A DNA stretch of 63,346 nucleotides, filler included, from Octopus bimaculoides (GCF_001194135.2; 7 parts of 7 records of this genome joined end to end with filler, not necessarily neighbours in it); one strand, 5' to 3'; positions 38,643 to 51,745 are shown, counted from the whole stretch's first letter. Numbers and translations: made by a program. Notes: generated from the sequence alone by a model not told the origin.

Positions 38643-39129
38643 GGCATTGAGCTGACAGAATTGTCAAGCATGTCAGGCAAAATGCTTAGCGACATTTTGT
38701 CTGTCTTTATGTTCTGGGTTCAAATTCTGCCAAGGTCAACTTTACCTTTCAAAATTTTGGGGTTGATAAATCAAGCACCAGTGAAACACTAAGGTTGAAC
38801 TGTTTTAGCTATTTATGAAGGTACCCCACCAAAAACGTGTATCTCGGGAATCTGTGGTCCGATTTTTGCAAAACTTGTTTTATTCCATTTGTATTCACAT
38901 TTCTGGGGTAAATTACTTTCAGAGTATTTTCCCATTATGTGCCAGTTTGGCTGTATTAAATTACAGACAAGCATGCACATAAGCAAGCATGCAAACATGC
39001 ATGCAAACAATCACAGAGTTATAGTAGTATATAGATGCTTATTCTACATAACCAGGAATCTTATTGGTGACTAAATATTTGAACAAAAATTGACAAGTCA
39101 TATTCCTTCTGCATCTTTTTCTTTTCCAG

Positions 39130-39222
39130 AACAATGTATATCTTACATCTGTAGGGTATAGCGACTACCAGTATTTTGCACTGATTGATAACAATAAACA
39201 ATACATAATTAAAGAAAGCCAG
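39130..39222 (+). CDS. Orphan secreted-protein gene, exon 2
   Basis: Strong acceptor TTTTTCTTTTCCAG; 93 nt, phase 0-0; NNVYLTSVGYSDYQYFALIDNNKQYIIKESQ; donor CAG|GTTGGT. Confidence 0.65.
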
Positions 39223-39283
39223 GTTGGTTTCTTTAAATATTTTCCCTTTGTCTTAACGTTTGTGATTCAACCTTTTCAATAAA

Positions 39284-39673
39284 CAGTGATACCTCACAGT
39301 ACAAGTTTAATTCGGTCCATGACTGAGCTCATCTTATGATTTACTTGTTTTACAAATCAATTTCCCCCCACTGAAATTAACTAAAATATAATTAATCCGT
39401 TCCAGCCCCCTCCCACAAACAACTCAAAAATAATTTTTTAGGGGTTTTAAAACAGAAAAGGTGTAGTTACAAGTAAAATGACAATTATAAAAAAGAGAAT
39501 GCAAAAGAAATATGTAAACTGGTTTTATTAAGTGAATTACCTTAAAGATGGGATGATCTGCGTGCTCGTACTGTGGATTTCCATGTCTACTTCAAGACAA
39601 AAATTCGCACAAGTCTTGGCTTGTACAGCAAATTACTCGTATAATGGTGCACTCGTACTGCGAGGTTCTACTG
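39284..39673. mobile_element. pogo/Tigger-like MITE
   Basis: TIRs CAGTGATACCTCACAGTACAAG / CTCGTACTGCGAGGTTCTACTG followed by TA. Confidence 0.7.
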
Positions 39674-40294
39674 TAAGTGAAAATGAAAAAATGACTTGAT
39701 ATATAATACCTATACTTGTTACTGATTTGATGAGGGAAGTGGGGAGTGGGAAGAAGAATTACCTTGGGATGCTATCTGAATGGAAAACTAATAGTTAAGT
39801 GACTTCTAATATACTGAATGTAGTGAGTTTATGATAATTTTTGAATTTATTAAAATTACTTTCATAATGCGGAAGGGACATAAAGCATCAGCCAAGAGAC
39901 TGAATGGAAATGACATGAAGCCAAAACCAAGGGGAGACAACTCCAGTTTTCTAATTAACTAAAACTTGAATTATGGATGTGAACAAAAAAAAAAAAGTAT
40001 TAACATTAACACACACACACTGAGAAAGAAAGATTGAATAAGGCAGACAACACGGAGGGAAGGGAATGAATGATGGAGTAGTTATGGAAGGTCTTCAGCA
40101 AATGAAAAATTTGTTTAATTTAATTTTATTTTAAAATAATATTTTTTCTTTTGAAAATAAATATTCATTCCATAAATTTGTATGATTCCTAAGAACTTTG
40201 ATGAAATTTAAACTGTAATTATTGCATGTATTGCCATATTTCTTAATATTACTCCTATGGCAGTTGAAGGTCACTTCTTCTGTACTGTGCAATA

Positions 40295-40300
40295 CTCTAC

Positions 40301-40356
<56 letters not shown>

Positions 40357-40497
40357 CAATATATATATCTGTCTATATATGTGTGTGTGTGTATATATAT
40401 ATATGCATATATATATGTATATATATTTATATATGTGTATATATATATCTATATACATACATATATATGTATATATATATATCTATATACATACATA

Positions 40498-40549
<52 letters not shown>

Positions 40550-40643
40550 AATACATATATATATGTGTATATATATATATCTATATCGAAATACATATAT
40601 ATGTGTATATATATATATCTATATACATACATATATAAGTGCG

Positions 40644-40689
<46 letters not shown>

Positions 40690-40785
40690 TATATTCATGT
40701 ATGTATATGTGCATATATACATGTAGGTAAATATATATATGTAGATGGTGTTCATAAATTACCTTTATAATTTGAATACCATGGA

Positions 40786-40821
<36 letters not shown>

Positions 40822-40980
40822 CATATACACACATGCACATATATAATCTATGTCTCTGACTCTCTCCCTATCTCTCTCTGTCAATATACATATATACATA
40901 TATACATACATACGTACATACATGCAAACATACAGACACACACACGCATACATTTACATGTACACCTACACACACTTACC
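40295..40980. repeat. Compound (TG)n/(TA)n/(CA)n cryptic microsatellite field
   Basis: Direct reading; source of the spurious poly-IY/CV ORFs. Confidence 0.95.
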
Positions 40981-41052
40981 ATTATTTGATGGATAGCACT
41001 GTAGTTCTCAATAAAATCAAATCTGATTCTTTGATTGGTTTCTGTTGGAAAG

Positions 41053-41157
41053 GGCACTGATGAATATTGGCAGTTAATTAATGTTGGAACACAGAATAAG
41101 GAATACCTGCAGATTGGTCAATTAGGCAGCACTGTGGTCTTGATGAACAATACACAT
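41053..41157 (+). CDS. Possible exon 3 of the orphan secreted-protein gene
   Basis: Donor CAT|GTAAGT; phase 0-0; GTDEYWQLINVGTQNKEYLQIGQLGSTVVLMNNTH; acceptor uncertain (AAG at 41050-41052, or downstream in-frame CAGs). Confidence 0.4.
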
Positions 41158-41649
41158 GTAAGTATACTGAAGGAACTCCAGAATGATTAATTAATTTCTA
41201 ATTAATTGTTATTAACATTTTTGCAGATTGAAACAGTCTAGTCTGTTCGAAATTAGGCATCATCATCATCATTATCATCATCATTGTTGTTGTTGTTGTT
41301 GTTATTATTAAGGCAGTGAGCTGGCAGAATCATTAGCATGCCGGACACAATGCTTAGTGGTATTTTGCCTGTTGCTATGTTCCGAGTTCAAATTCTGCCA
41401 AGGTCAACTTTGCCTTTCATCCTTTTGGGGTCGATAAATTAAGTACCAGTTTAGTATTGGGGTTGAAGTTATCGACTATCCCCGTCCCCCAAATTTCAGG
41501 CCTTGTGCTTATAATAGAAAAGATTATTATTGTTATTTTTATTATTATTATTACTATTATTATTATTATTATTATTACTATTATTATTATTATTATTACT
41601 ATGCCAAGTTAAAACATGTTTTTATATAAAATCTTTAATGCTGCACCGT

Positions 41650-42435
41650 TTCTTTGTCATGTCTCTTCCAGCTGTATGAACTTGGCGACCCTTTGAAAGA
41701 CATTTGTATAGAACAGAGGTGAGATTCATGCTTAACATTTAGTATTGACTTTAATTACTGTTTTAAGGGGTATGTTTTCTGCTGGGAAAAACGGTACAGC
41801 CAAAAGAGTTGTCATACCTGAAACAGCTTACAAGGGCGCTGCCATGAGCAAAACATAAGTTTAGAAGTGGTTTTCATGCTTTAGGAATGGCCATTTGTTG
41901 CTTGAAAACCAACCTCGTTTAGAGTGACTGTCATCCTCATGAATGAATGAAAACATCATGAAAATTCATGAACTGATCTTGGAGGACTGTCGCCGAACAA
42001 TTGATGAACTTGCTGATGTGACTGGTGTGTCCTGGAGCTCCTGCCAACGAATTTTGAGTGAGGAATTGCGAATGAAAAGAGTTGCAGCAAAATTTGTGCG
42101 TTATTTGCTCACAGAAGATTGAAAGCAGTTACGACTGAATACGTGCCGTGAACTGAAGGAACAATTGGAAGTTGGTCCAGACCTTATTCCAAAGGTCATC
42201 ACTGGTGATGAAAATTGGTGCTATGGCTACGACCCGGAAACGAAGCAACAATCAAGTCAATGAAAGCAGTTGATGTCACAAGAGTTCCAGGACTGCTTTG
42301 AATAGTGGAAAACGTGTCTGGACCAATGCATTGTTTCAAGTGGAGAATATTTTGAAGGCGGTAAAAGTGTAAACATGTAAAACTAAGTGAATAAAATAAT
42401 ATAGCAAAATTTCAGTTTCTATTGGGTACCTCCTA
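41650..42435 (+). mobile_element. Decayed, internally deleted mariner
   Basis: LKTAYKGAAMSK; LEDCRRTIDELADVTGVSWSSCQRILSEELRMKRVAAKFV; KVITGDENWCYGYDPETKQQSSQ*; SSGEYFEG. Confidence 0.88.
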
Positions 42436-45000
42436 TTTGATGGGTTTCTTTCATTTTCCATCTATCAAATCCACTCACATTGTGTTGGACAGTCTGAGGC
42501 TAGAGTAGAAAACACTTGCCCAAGGTACCATGTGGTGGAACTGAACCAAGTGGTTAGGAAGCAAGCTTCTTACCGCACAATCACATATGTTTTGCTTCTG
42601 GTAATTTACCATTAAAAGAGAAAGAATCTCTTCCTGGTAAAATGAAGTGAAGTTGAACATGCATACTTAATTTTTAATTTTAGATTTTAATTTTTAATTT
42701 TAGATTTTTTAACATAAAATAAAGTTCTTAAAAGTTTTAAATGTATATAGCATTTTTAACCATTCTGCTATTTTCCGTAATTCTTTATTTTTCTTTGCTA
42801 AGCCTGAAAGAAGGGGCAGAGCCAAAAACCCTTGCAGGTCCCCGCCTGGTGCAGTTGGTGTTGTTAATGTCCCATTAAACCCTTTGGCACTCAATTTACT
42901 CCTCTGTCAAATGTTATGCTTATTCATTTACATACCTCTTCCTATCCTTTTTGCACTATTTTAGTTTATTTTAATGCTTCTGTTAACCCACACAGCAACT
43001 TGTTGGTTGAAATATTTAATTAATGAGTAATCATTTATTATAATTTTATCATTTCTAGGCATTCAAACTGCTTATGCTCAAGATCTGCACTGGTGAGTAA
43101 CATAAAACACACATCGAGCCTCATGAAATTAACTCAAAATGTTTTAGCTCAACCTTATTTTTTCTATTGCTTTGCCATTGAGAAAGCCAGTCCCTAAAAT
43201 CCTTTTCAGATACTCCTAAAACCTTTTTTACTCTGTTTAACACAATGCTTATTTATCAACAGCGTTTTGAATTACTTATGCGTTATCGTGTATCGATTTT
43301 GATGAAGTGATTGTTTATCGTTGGAATGACATTGTAGGGTAAGTGTGAAAGGCTGGATCCGAATGATTTGAACATAAAGCAGGGAGAGTATTTTGACTGG
43401 AAGTAGAAGGTTTAAATGCTAAGGGATTTACTACCGCACTCCATTGGTTACGACGACGAGGGTTCCAGTTGATCTGATCAACGGAACAGGCTACTCGAGA
43501 AATTAACGTGCAAGTGGCTGAGCACTCCACAGACACGGGTACCCTTAATGTAGTTCTCGAGGAGATTCAGCGTGACACAGAGTGTGACAAGGCTGGCTCT
43601 TTTGAAATACAGATACAACAGAAACAGGAAGAAAGAGAGAAAGTTGTGGTGAAAGATTACAGCAGGGTTCACTACCACCTCCTGCCGGAGCCTCATGGAG
43701 CTTTTAAGTGTTTTTGCTCAATAAACACTCACAACGCCCAGTCTGGGAATCACTAAGGGAATAAGAAATGGAGGAAGCTATCCTCTCATCTTAGACCTGA
43801 TCCAAATATTAAAGGTCTTCAAGAATTATGGCTGCATTTGGTTTTTGTCTGCCCATTGACTTACAGTCTTCAGATCAGACTGGTGATGACATTGTCTATC
43901 AGATGCCAGAGTTTGGATCGAGGATGCATCTATGTGGTCTTGAAGTGAGTTGAAAGATGAAACAGAGTATTTGTGATGAATAAATTGTTCCATGCTTAGA
44001 CCTAGTAGCAGATGTCCATTGGTGTTACAATTCCCAACGCCTTCTTTACCGATGACATTTTCTCATAGGCGATATAGGGAGTGGTAAGTGTTAAAATAGG
44101 TAACGGTTTAAATCTACCAGTTATCTTTGCTTGAAAATGTTATGGATGTTTGATCCTGAAATTTTTATCTCTGGACTCACTTGCCAGCCACACATATTTT
44201 CTTCAACTCTGGCAATGTTTCTTAGTACACTTTCATACTTTGTGAGGCTCGTCGATGTCTATCATCATCATCATCATTTACCATCTGCTTTCCATGCTAG
44301 CTTGGGCTGGACAGTTCGACTGAGGAGTGGCAAGGCAGGTGGCTGCACCAGACTCCAATCTGATCTGGCAAGGTTTCTATAGCTGGATGCTTTTCCTAAC
44401 ACCAACCACTCAGAGAGTACAGTGGATGCTTTTTAAATGTTACTGGCACAGAAGCCCATTAGGTAGCACTGGCATCGACCACGTTCGGATGGTGCTTATT
44501 GTCTTTGAAAATGTTTTCTGTGCAAATTCTGAACTCTTACCCCAGTAATTCCCTTCCCTCCAACTTCTGCTCTTTCATTCTCATCCTTCCCCACACCAGT
44601 TTTTCTTTTTCCTTGTTTCCTTGGTGAGGTTGTTGTTGCTGTTTTCCCTTGATAACTTGATCTTTTATACTTTTAATATATTTTTTCTTTGTTTTTGGTA
44701 AGAACAAGAGCTAAATTAAAAAAGAAAAGAAAAAGAGAGACAGTAAGAGAGACATGGGAGGACCTTTTTGAAACTCTCTTCTAAACTGTCTTCTTTGTCC
44801 TTCAAATATTTTTTTCCATTTGCTCTTTAGAATGAATTTCTTTTGCTCAAATCTTTCTCCTCTACCACCTCCACCTCCACCAGCACCACCAACACCGCTT
44901 CTTCCTCCTCCTCCTCTTTATTGTCATCAACCACCATCGCTATTATTCTAATTGCTTGTTGTTTCACAATATTTGATAGTCTGTATTTGTCCTTTAACAG

Positions 45001-45137
45001 CAAGGAACAGTTGATCCCAAAACCTTCATCTGTGAAGGCCAAAAGTATATTGAAACCAGAATAAATCTCACAGACTCCAGAGTCTTTATGTTTTCTGATA
45101 AGAAGTGCAGTGAACAATGTGAAATCAAAAATATCAC
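45001..45137 (+). CDS. Orphan secreted-protein gene, downstream exon
   Basis: Acceptor TTGTCCTTTAACAG; phase 0 start; QGTVDPKTFICEGQKYIETRINLTDSRVFMFSDKKCSEQCEIKNI(T); donor AC|GTAAGT, phase 2. Confidence 0.65.
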
Positions 45138-45824
45138 GTAAGTTTGTCACAAATTATGTTCAATATATGACTTTCGTTAAGGCAGCAAGCTGGCAGAATC
45201 GTTAGCACACCGGGTGAAATGTTTAGTGGGATTTGATTTGTCTTTACATTCTGTGTTCAAATNNNNNNNNNNNNNNNNNNNNNNNNNNNNNNNNNNNNNN
45301 NNNNNNTTAATTAATTAANNNNNNNNNNNNNNNNNNNNNNNNNNNNNNNNNNNNNNNNNNNNATATACACATATATATATATATTTATAGAGAGAGAAAG
45401 AGAGAGAGAGAGAGAGAGTTAAAGGTTTAGATCGCCTTCGGTCATGAATGACCATGGGATTGCTCCTAGAAAGTTGCCCTCCCTGGTTCAAGTCCGGGCA
45501 AGGCTTATTTATGGAAGACCAGCAGTCGCCCATGCATACTGGCCTCCCCTCTCCCCACCACTGATGTTATCCAAGGGAAAGGCAAAGGGGCCGATACAGA
45601 TTGGCACCTGTGACGTTGCAACTCATTTCTGCATCTGAGTGAATTGGAGCAACGTGAAATAAAGTGTCTTGCTCAAGAACACTACACGCAGCCCGGTACG
45701 GGAATCGAACTCACTACCTCATGGTTGTGAGACCAACGGTCTAATCACTGAGCTATATGCCTTCATACATACATACAATCATACATACATACACACACGG
45801 ATATGTATGTGTGCGCGCGCGTGC

Positions 45825-46310
45825 AGGTCTGCTGAAAAGTTCATCGTCTGGCTAAGATACTCTTATGGAATGTGACCAAATGAGGTTTTATTTTTCACCA
45901 TAGTCCTCCTTGCGGCCCACACACTTCTTCAATCGGTGTTGCAGTTCCTGGATCCCATTAGTGAAGAGGTCTTCATCCTGCTGGTCAAAGAAGTCCTCCA
46001 CTGCGGATATGACGTCATCACCACTGCGATACTACTTCCTAGCCAAGTGTTCTTTTTTTTTTTTAACATTGTGGAACAGATGGTGGACAGATGGTTCAAC
46101 ACCAGGAAAATAGGCAGGATGATTAAGCGGTTCAATGCCACAGTCACGCAATGTCACAGTCACGCAATGCCACAATCGGCCATTGAAACCAAGGACTTGT
46201 ACGCTGGAGAATTGTCCTAATGAAACAAGATCCCTTTCGTCAGTTTTCCAAGGCATTTGGTCTTGATGGCTTTCGTAACTGTCTCAGTAAGTTGGCATAG
46301 TACTATAGGA
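45825..46310 (-). mobile_element. Mariner transposase C-terminal remnant
   Basis: HPAYFPGVEPSVHHLF (cf. HPPYSPDLAPSD); DDVISAVEDFFDQQDEDLFTNGIQELQHRLKKCV. Confidence 0.78.
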
Positions 46311-46477
46311 AAGTGGTTATACACCATTAGGTGTACACCTGCTTTCCTATATTAAATTCGGAATAAACGGAACGCAGAACTCCGAACTAACAACACAACA
46401 ATATTTACTTAAGGAGGTAAATAGGCATCTTTAATCTTGGTTGCTGTCTCCTTGCTTTTGGAGAATTATTTCTTGCA

Positions 46478-46649
46478 ATTCTGTATTTAAGAGACGAGGA
46501 ATTATGAACATTATTTACATTTGACGGATATTTGTCCTCATCTTGTTTGTTGTTAACACAACGTTTCGGCTGATATACCCTCCAGCCTTCATCAGGTGTC
46601 TTGGGGGAAATTTCGAACCTGGGTTCTTATTCCTAAGGTATTTTTTCGA

Positions 46650-46697
<48 letters not shown>
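46478..46697 (-). mobile_element. Hammerhead-bearing Penelope-associated repeat, head missing
   Basis: Near-identical body to 36513-36765, ending in (ATT)n on the + strand. Confidence 0.75.
46555..46600 (-). ncRNA. Minimal type I hammerhead ribozyme (dimer-type)
   Basis: GACAC-CTGATGA-A-GGCTG gagggtatat CAGCC-GAAA-CG-TT-GTGTT: 5-bp stem I, 5-bp stem II, palindromic AACGTT in place of stem III, GUU cleavage triplet. Confidence 0.75.
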
Positions 46698-46700
<3 letters not shown>

Positions 46701-47230
46701 CGTTTCTGTAGCTCTGTCACACTGAATTATTTCCATAGACGCTTTGCAGTCACGTGGTTTCGGGTTCAGTAACACTGCGCAGTACCTTGGGCAGCTATTG
46801 TCTGTGTTTGTCCCCCCAAACATCACTTGACAACTGATGCTGGTGTGTTTACGTCCCCGTAACTTAGCGGTTCGGCAAAAGAGACCGATAGAATAAGTAC
46901 TAGGCTCACAAAGAATAAGTCCTGGGGTCGATTTGCTCGACTAAAAGGCGGTGCTCCAGCATGGCCGCAGTCAAATGGCTGAAACAAATAAAAGAGTCAA
47001 AGAGTAATCTGGTCTTTTTAAGACAATAGTGTATGATATGGAGTGAGATTTAACTGCTGTTTCTAGCAGGTCGAACAAACACGTAGACGCACTTTCGTTG
47101 GCTGAGAGGTAGAAGGGGTCGTGTCGATGGTGATGATACTTGTAGTGGTTACGGTAGTGGTGATTAAACATAATAAAAGTAACAATTAAAACCGAAACTG
47201 AAGGTATTTCCTTGTTCTTTTAATAACCAT

Positions 47231-47311
47231 CCAATCGGCTACCGCCACGTCATCATTCGGCTCCCACCCATCCTTATATTATACCGCACGGACTTCCCTT
47301 CCAATCACAAG
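47231..47311 (+). promoter_or_regulatory. GMDS proximal promoter
   Basis: CCAAT boxes at 47231 and 47301; CCACGTCA (ATF/CREB-like) at 47245-47252; YY1-like CAAGATGGC overlapping the ATG; local GC enrichment. Confidence 0.55.
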
Positions 47312-47377
47312 ATGGCTGCCACCGGTGCTGATACATCAAACCGTAAGGTTGCTCTAATAACTGGTATTACAGGACAG
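47312..47377 (+). CDS. GMDS: GDP-mannose 4,6-dehydratase, exon 1
   Basis: MAATGADTSNRKVALITGITGQ|GTAAAT; diagnostic N-terminal Rossmann motif VALITGITGQ; the expected continuation (DGSYLAE) was not found in the window. Confidence 0.88.
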
Positions 47378-49814
47378 GTAAATCAGATCGTGGCTTTTGT
47401 TTATATTTTTTCTCATACTTTCTAATTTCCCCTCATGTTACTTTAGTTTCTATTCGTGTTCATTTACAAATGCATATTAAGTGCAATTTTACTATTTTGC
47501 CTATCCGTATCTTATTCAACCGGTGTACCTCGGAGCGGCGTGTGTACACATATACATCAATCATTATATATATATATATATAGTAAGTTTTAAATATATA
47601 TATATATATATATATATGGCGATCTTTCGCGTATATATATATAAAGAGCATCATATATGTTTATATGCGTGTTAATATTTGAGTGTATTTAACTATGTGT
47701 GTGACAAGCACTTTGATTCGGACCCATGTCACTGACTGGTGGAGTTTAATTGTTATCTTATAATATCGTGACGTTAACCTCTTACGAAAATAATCGCACT
47801 TGCTTGTGTATACGGTGTGTGTACGCGTGCGCTTATATGTGTGTATATCTGTCGTGTTTTGTGTACGTACGTTGGTGTATGTTTCACATACATGTATGAA
47901 CACGCGTAGACACGCCTGCATTTAGGTAAATTTTCTACGTTGAAGCAATTCAATAGCCACGTTGCATGTTTGTACAGTTGTTTAAATGTTTAACTCCTTC
48001 ACCCCTCAACTTGTCGGCTTCTCTTTAATACTACCGTCACCACAGAGAGAAGGACTCCTTGACAAAGAAAATGAAAACGGGGAAAGGCTGCGTGATCGTG
48101 GTTGGTACACCTTTCAACATAGCTCTGCTTGATCAAGGCTTATTCGGGGTATAAACAGCAACATAATTATTGCCATCATCATTATCGATGTACTGCGTAT
48201 ATTTTATACAAATACCTATATTCTGTTTTATTTCACGTAACATTTCTTCACATTTCACAAAGACAATAATGAAGCAGTTGTTGTTTCGCCCCAGGTCAGT
48301 CCTAATCGAGGAAGACTGTTTCCAACTACGACCATTCATTCCGTCTTTTCCTTAAAGATTATCGCCTAATGCTCAGAAGGCAGCGTGTGATTTGGCTACT
48401 ATTTCCAGCAGATACTGTTGACTAATAACCAGTTTGAGTTGAAACCTTGTGAATGTATTTTATATACTACAACACTGAGATCTGTCGATAAAATTTATAC
48501 CAGTTTTATACAAGGACAGAATTAATTTCTATCTTTACAAAAATTTGCTGTATGTATGTATGTATGTATGTATGTATGTCAGCCGCTTTCTGTTTGTGAT
48601 CCTGTGTTAATTTTTCAGCGATATGATCTTACGAATTCCAGTTTCGATACTTGGTGGGGGACACTTGATGAAAGCATGAATGTCACAACCTCCCGTAGTT
48701 CTGCCCTATAAATTAGAAATTTCGTTCATGAGTTGTCCATACCTCACCTACACTCTCGAAATGTCTAAACGCGTTACATCTGGAACAACAACAACAAAAA
48801 AAAAGTTGAATGGATCTATGATGGAATGTATTCCAGAAGTTACCTCATCCATTTCATTCAAACATATCAAATGTTTTTTTGTTTTTTTTAAAGACTGTAT
48901 GTTGTGATTTGAGTGAGATTTGGTTGCTATTTCTAGTCAGACAAGCAACGTGTTGTTGCCCTTATGTTAGGAGTTGTGATACTTGTTACTTTCAATCAAG
49001 TATCCCAAAGTAATTCGAGGAACTTTTTCAGTGTTATTTTCTTCATTACTTCATTTTTACCGCTTTTCCGCCCCCGTTGTGTGTTTAGTATGCGCAAAAC
49101 GCATGTATCTTCATGAAAGGAAACATCTACACACAGCAATAAAAACAGTGTCCCCACTCCCCCCGAGTTAGCCCCTAATCTAGCCGACCTATGGTTAAAA
49201 GCATTCCAACCTCGACCGTTGTCCAATTTGTTAAAGACTCTAGGGTGTTACTCCACGGAGATTTGGCTGCTATTTCTAACACTTTGAGACTTCATCATTG
49301 GTTGCAAGTAATTCAGGAAAAAGAGGTTAACAAAAAATCATCTGTAACGTTGTCGATGTTCGTGGCGATATTGTTTCAGCCATCTCATCTAATTTTTTCG
49401 TTTGTTTATATAGACTTAAATGTATCTAGGACCTCATTACATTATCCAGCATATCTTCCATTATTTAAGACGATATCTGATTGTTATCTCTTGCGGAGCA
49501 AATGAACTCGTGGTGGTGGTGTCATCGTTGCAATCGAGTAAAATGGGTTTGCTTTGTGACGACGTGTTTATTTTAACCTTTGTTTAGTTTTGTCTGACGT
49601 GGACATAATGGGCATTCGTATTGGGTGTGTATGTCTAACAACCTACTTCTCTTTCTACCTTTTATACCCACCTAAAATAACTACCAGCTCAAGAGACACA
49701 CCTAATTGGCAGTCCTGTAGACTTGTGTATGACCTGAGTGTCACTAGTTATAGACATACAAATACCTGTATACATACACGTATAAGTATATAACGTATAT
49801 ATCCTCCTCCTCTT

Positions 49815-50057
49815 CCTCATCATCATCGTTTAACGTCCGTTTTCCATGCTGGCATGGGTTGAACGGTTCGACTGGGTTCTGGGAAAGCCAGGAGGCTGCA
49901 CCAGGCTCCAATCTGATCTGGCAGTGTTTCTACAGATGGACGCCCTTCCTAACGCCAACCACTCCGAGAGTGTAGTGGGTGCTTTTTACGTGCCACCGGC
50001 ACGGAAGCCAGTTAAGGTGGCGCTAGCATCGGCCACGTTCGGATGGTGCTTTTTACC

Positions 50058-50060
<3 letters not shown>
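49815..50060 (-). mobile_element. SINE with RTE-type (GAT)n tail (others at about 8335-8400, 35320-35520, 44262-44500, 51000-51440, 63235-63290)
   Basis: CATCATCATCGTTTAACGTCCGTTTTCCATGCTGGCATGGGTTG on the + strand. Confidence 0.8.
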
Positions 50061-50102
<42 letters not shown>

Positions 50103-50260
50103 NNNNNNNNNNNNNNNNNNNNNNNNNNNNNNNNNNNNNNNNNNNNNNNNNNNNNNNNNNNNNNNNNNNNNNNNNNNNNNNNNNNNNNNNNNNNNNNNNN
50201 NNNNNNNNNNNNNNNNNNNNNNNNNNNNNNNNNNNNNNNNNNNNNNNNNNNNNNNNNNNN

Positions 50261-50294
<34 letters not shown>

Positions 50295-50341
50295 TCTATA
50301 CACGCTCGTGTCTAAGAATATATTGTGGTGACACAGAAAAG

Positions 50342-50458
50342 GTGCCGGTGACGTCTGAAGGGCACCCGTGCTGGTGACGCGTGAAGGGCACTCGTGCCGG
50401 TGACGCGTGAAGGTCACCCGTGCCAGTGACGCGTGAAGGGCACCCGTGCCAGTGACAC
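50342..50458. repeat. 26-bp GC-rich minisatellite, about 4.5 units
   Basis: GTGCC(G/A)GTGACGCGTGAAGGGCACCC repeated; the unit resembles an internal segment of the RTE-tailed SINE. Confidence 0.85.
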
Positions 50459-51437
50459 TTCAGAGACATGCAGTACACTCTCTAGAGGTTAGGATGTTAG
50501 GCTCACGATAGTAAGGTCACAAGTTCGATTTCCGGTGGTGTGTTGTATCCACGAGAAAGACACTGTATTTCACATAGTTACAGGTTACTCAATTAGTGAG
50601 AATGTATTGTATCTGCAATTTAAAGGGCCAACCTTGTCACATTCTCTGTCATGCATCTAGCAGCTCACCTGCAACAGACTGCCATCTTGTTCTGGCAGGG
50701 TACCTATATGCCTATGAAACCGGGAAACCGGCCCTGATAAACCAGGCATGGCTTGAGAAGGAACGAACAACAACAACAACAGCAACAACATTGTTGAGAT
50801 GAATTAAATTGTTACACTGCATAAAGACAAGACCTTTGCACTGAACCAGAAAATGCAGAAAGAAAGAGATTTAGTGTGGAACAAGCTGTAGCTGTATGGT
50901 TAAGAAGCTTCTTTTCCAGCCTTGTGGTTTTAGTTTTACTGTGCAGTGCCTTGGGCAAGTGTCTTCTGTAGTTGCCTCAGGCTGACCAATGTCTTGTGAG
51001 TGAAATTGGTCAAGTGGTGCTGGTGTCACATAAAACGTACCCAGTACACTCTGTAAAGTGGTTGGTGATGGTGTTAGGAAGAGCATCTGGCTGTAAAAAC
51101 CAGGCCAAAGCAGACAGCGGAGGTTGGTGTGGTCCTTAGGCTTACTGGCTCCTGTCAAACTGTTCAATGGAAGACGGATGTTAAATGATGAAGATGATGT
51201 TAAGACAGATGTTAAATGATGTGAAAGCCTTGTGTGGGTGTGTGTGGAGAGTGAGAGAGAGAGAGAGAGAGAAGCACCGAGTACACCCTGTCAAGTAGTT
51301 GGTGTTAGGGAGGGCATCCAGCCATAGAAACCATGTCAAAGCTGACATTGGAGTTTGATGTAACCTTGTGGTTCACTGCATCCTGTCAAACTATTCAACT
51401 AATACCAGCATGGAAAGCAGAAGTTAAATGATGATGA

Positions 51438-51470
<33 letters not shown>

Positions 51471-51712
51471 TGTTGCTATTATGTTAAACTGTCGTGTGTC
51501 CAAATTTGGCCAAATGCATTTTTTCAGTACTTATTTTTGCTTGCAATAGCCAGTTCTTTTGGTCAAACTGTCGTGCTCCAGCTGCTTCAGATACCAAAAT
51601 ATCAAAAATAATCAAAGTGTAGTACAACAGTTTTGCTATGGAATGGTGGAACTATCTTTCGTTTTGTGAAAAAGCAATGTTTTTGACTTATGACACTTTT
51701 GCATAATAGCAA

Positions 51713-51745
<33 letters not shown>

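Noticed and set aside
40222-40989. Long poly-IY/CV/TH ORFs here and elsewhere, and ORFs running through N gaps
   Set aside because: They are translations of microsatellites or gaps, not genes.
43059-43092. 34-nt segment with strong splice signals inside the orphan gene
   Set aside because: Its length breaks the frame between the flanking phase-0 exons; it could be a poison exon but is unsupported.
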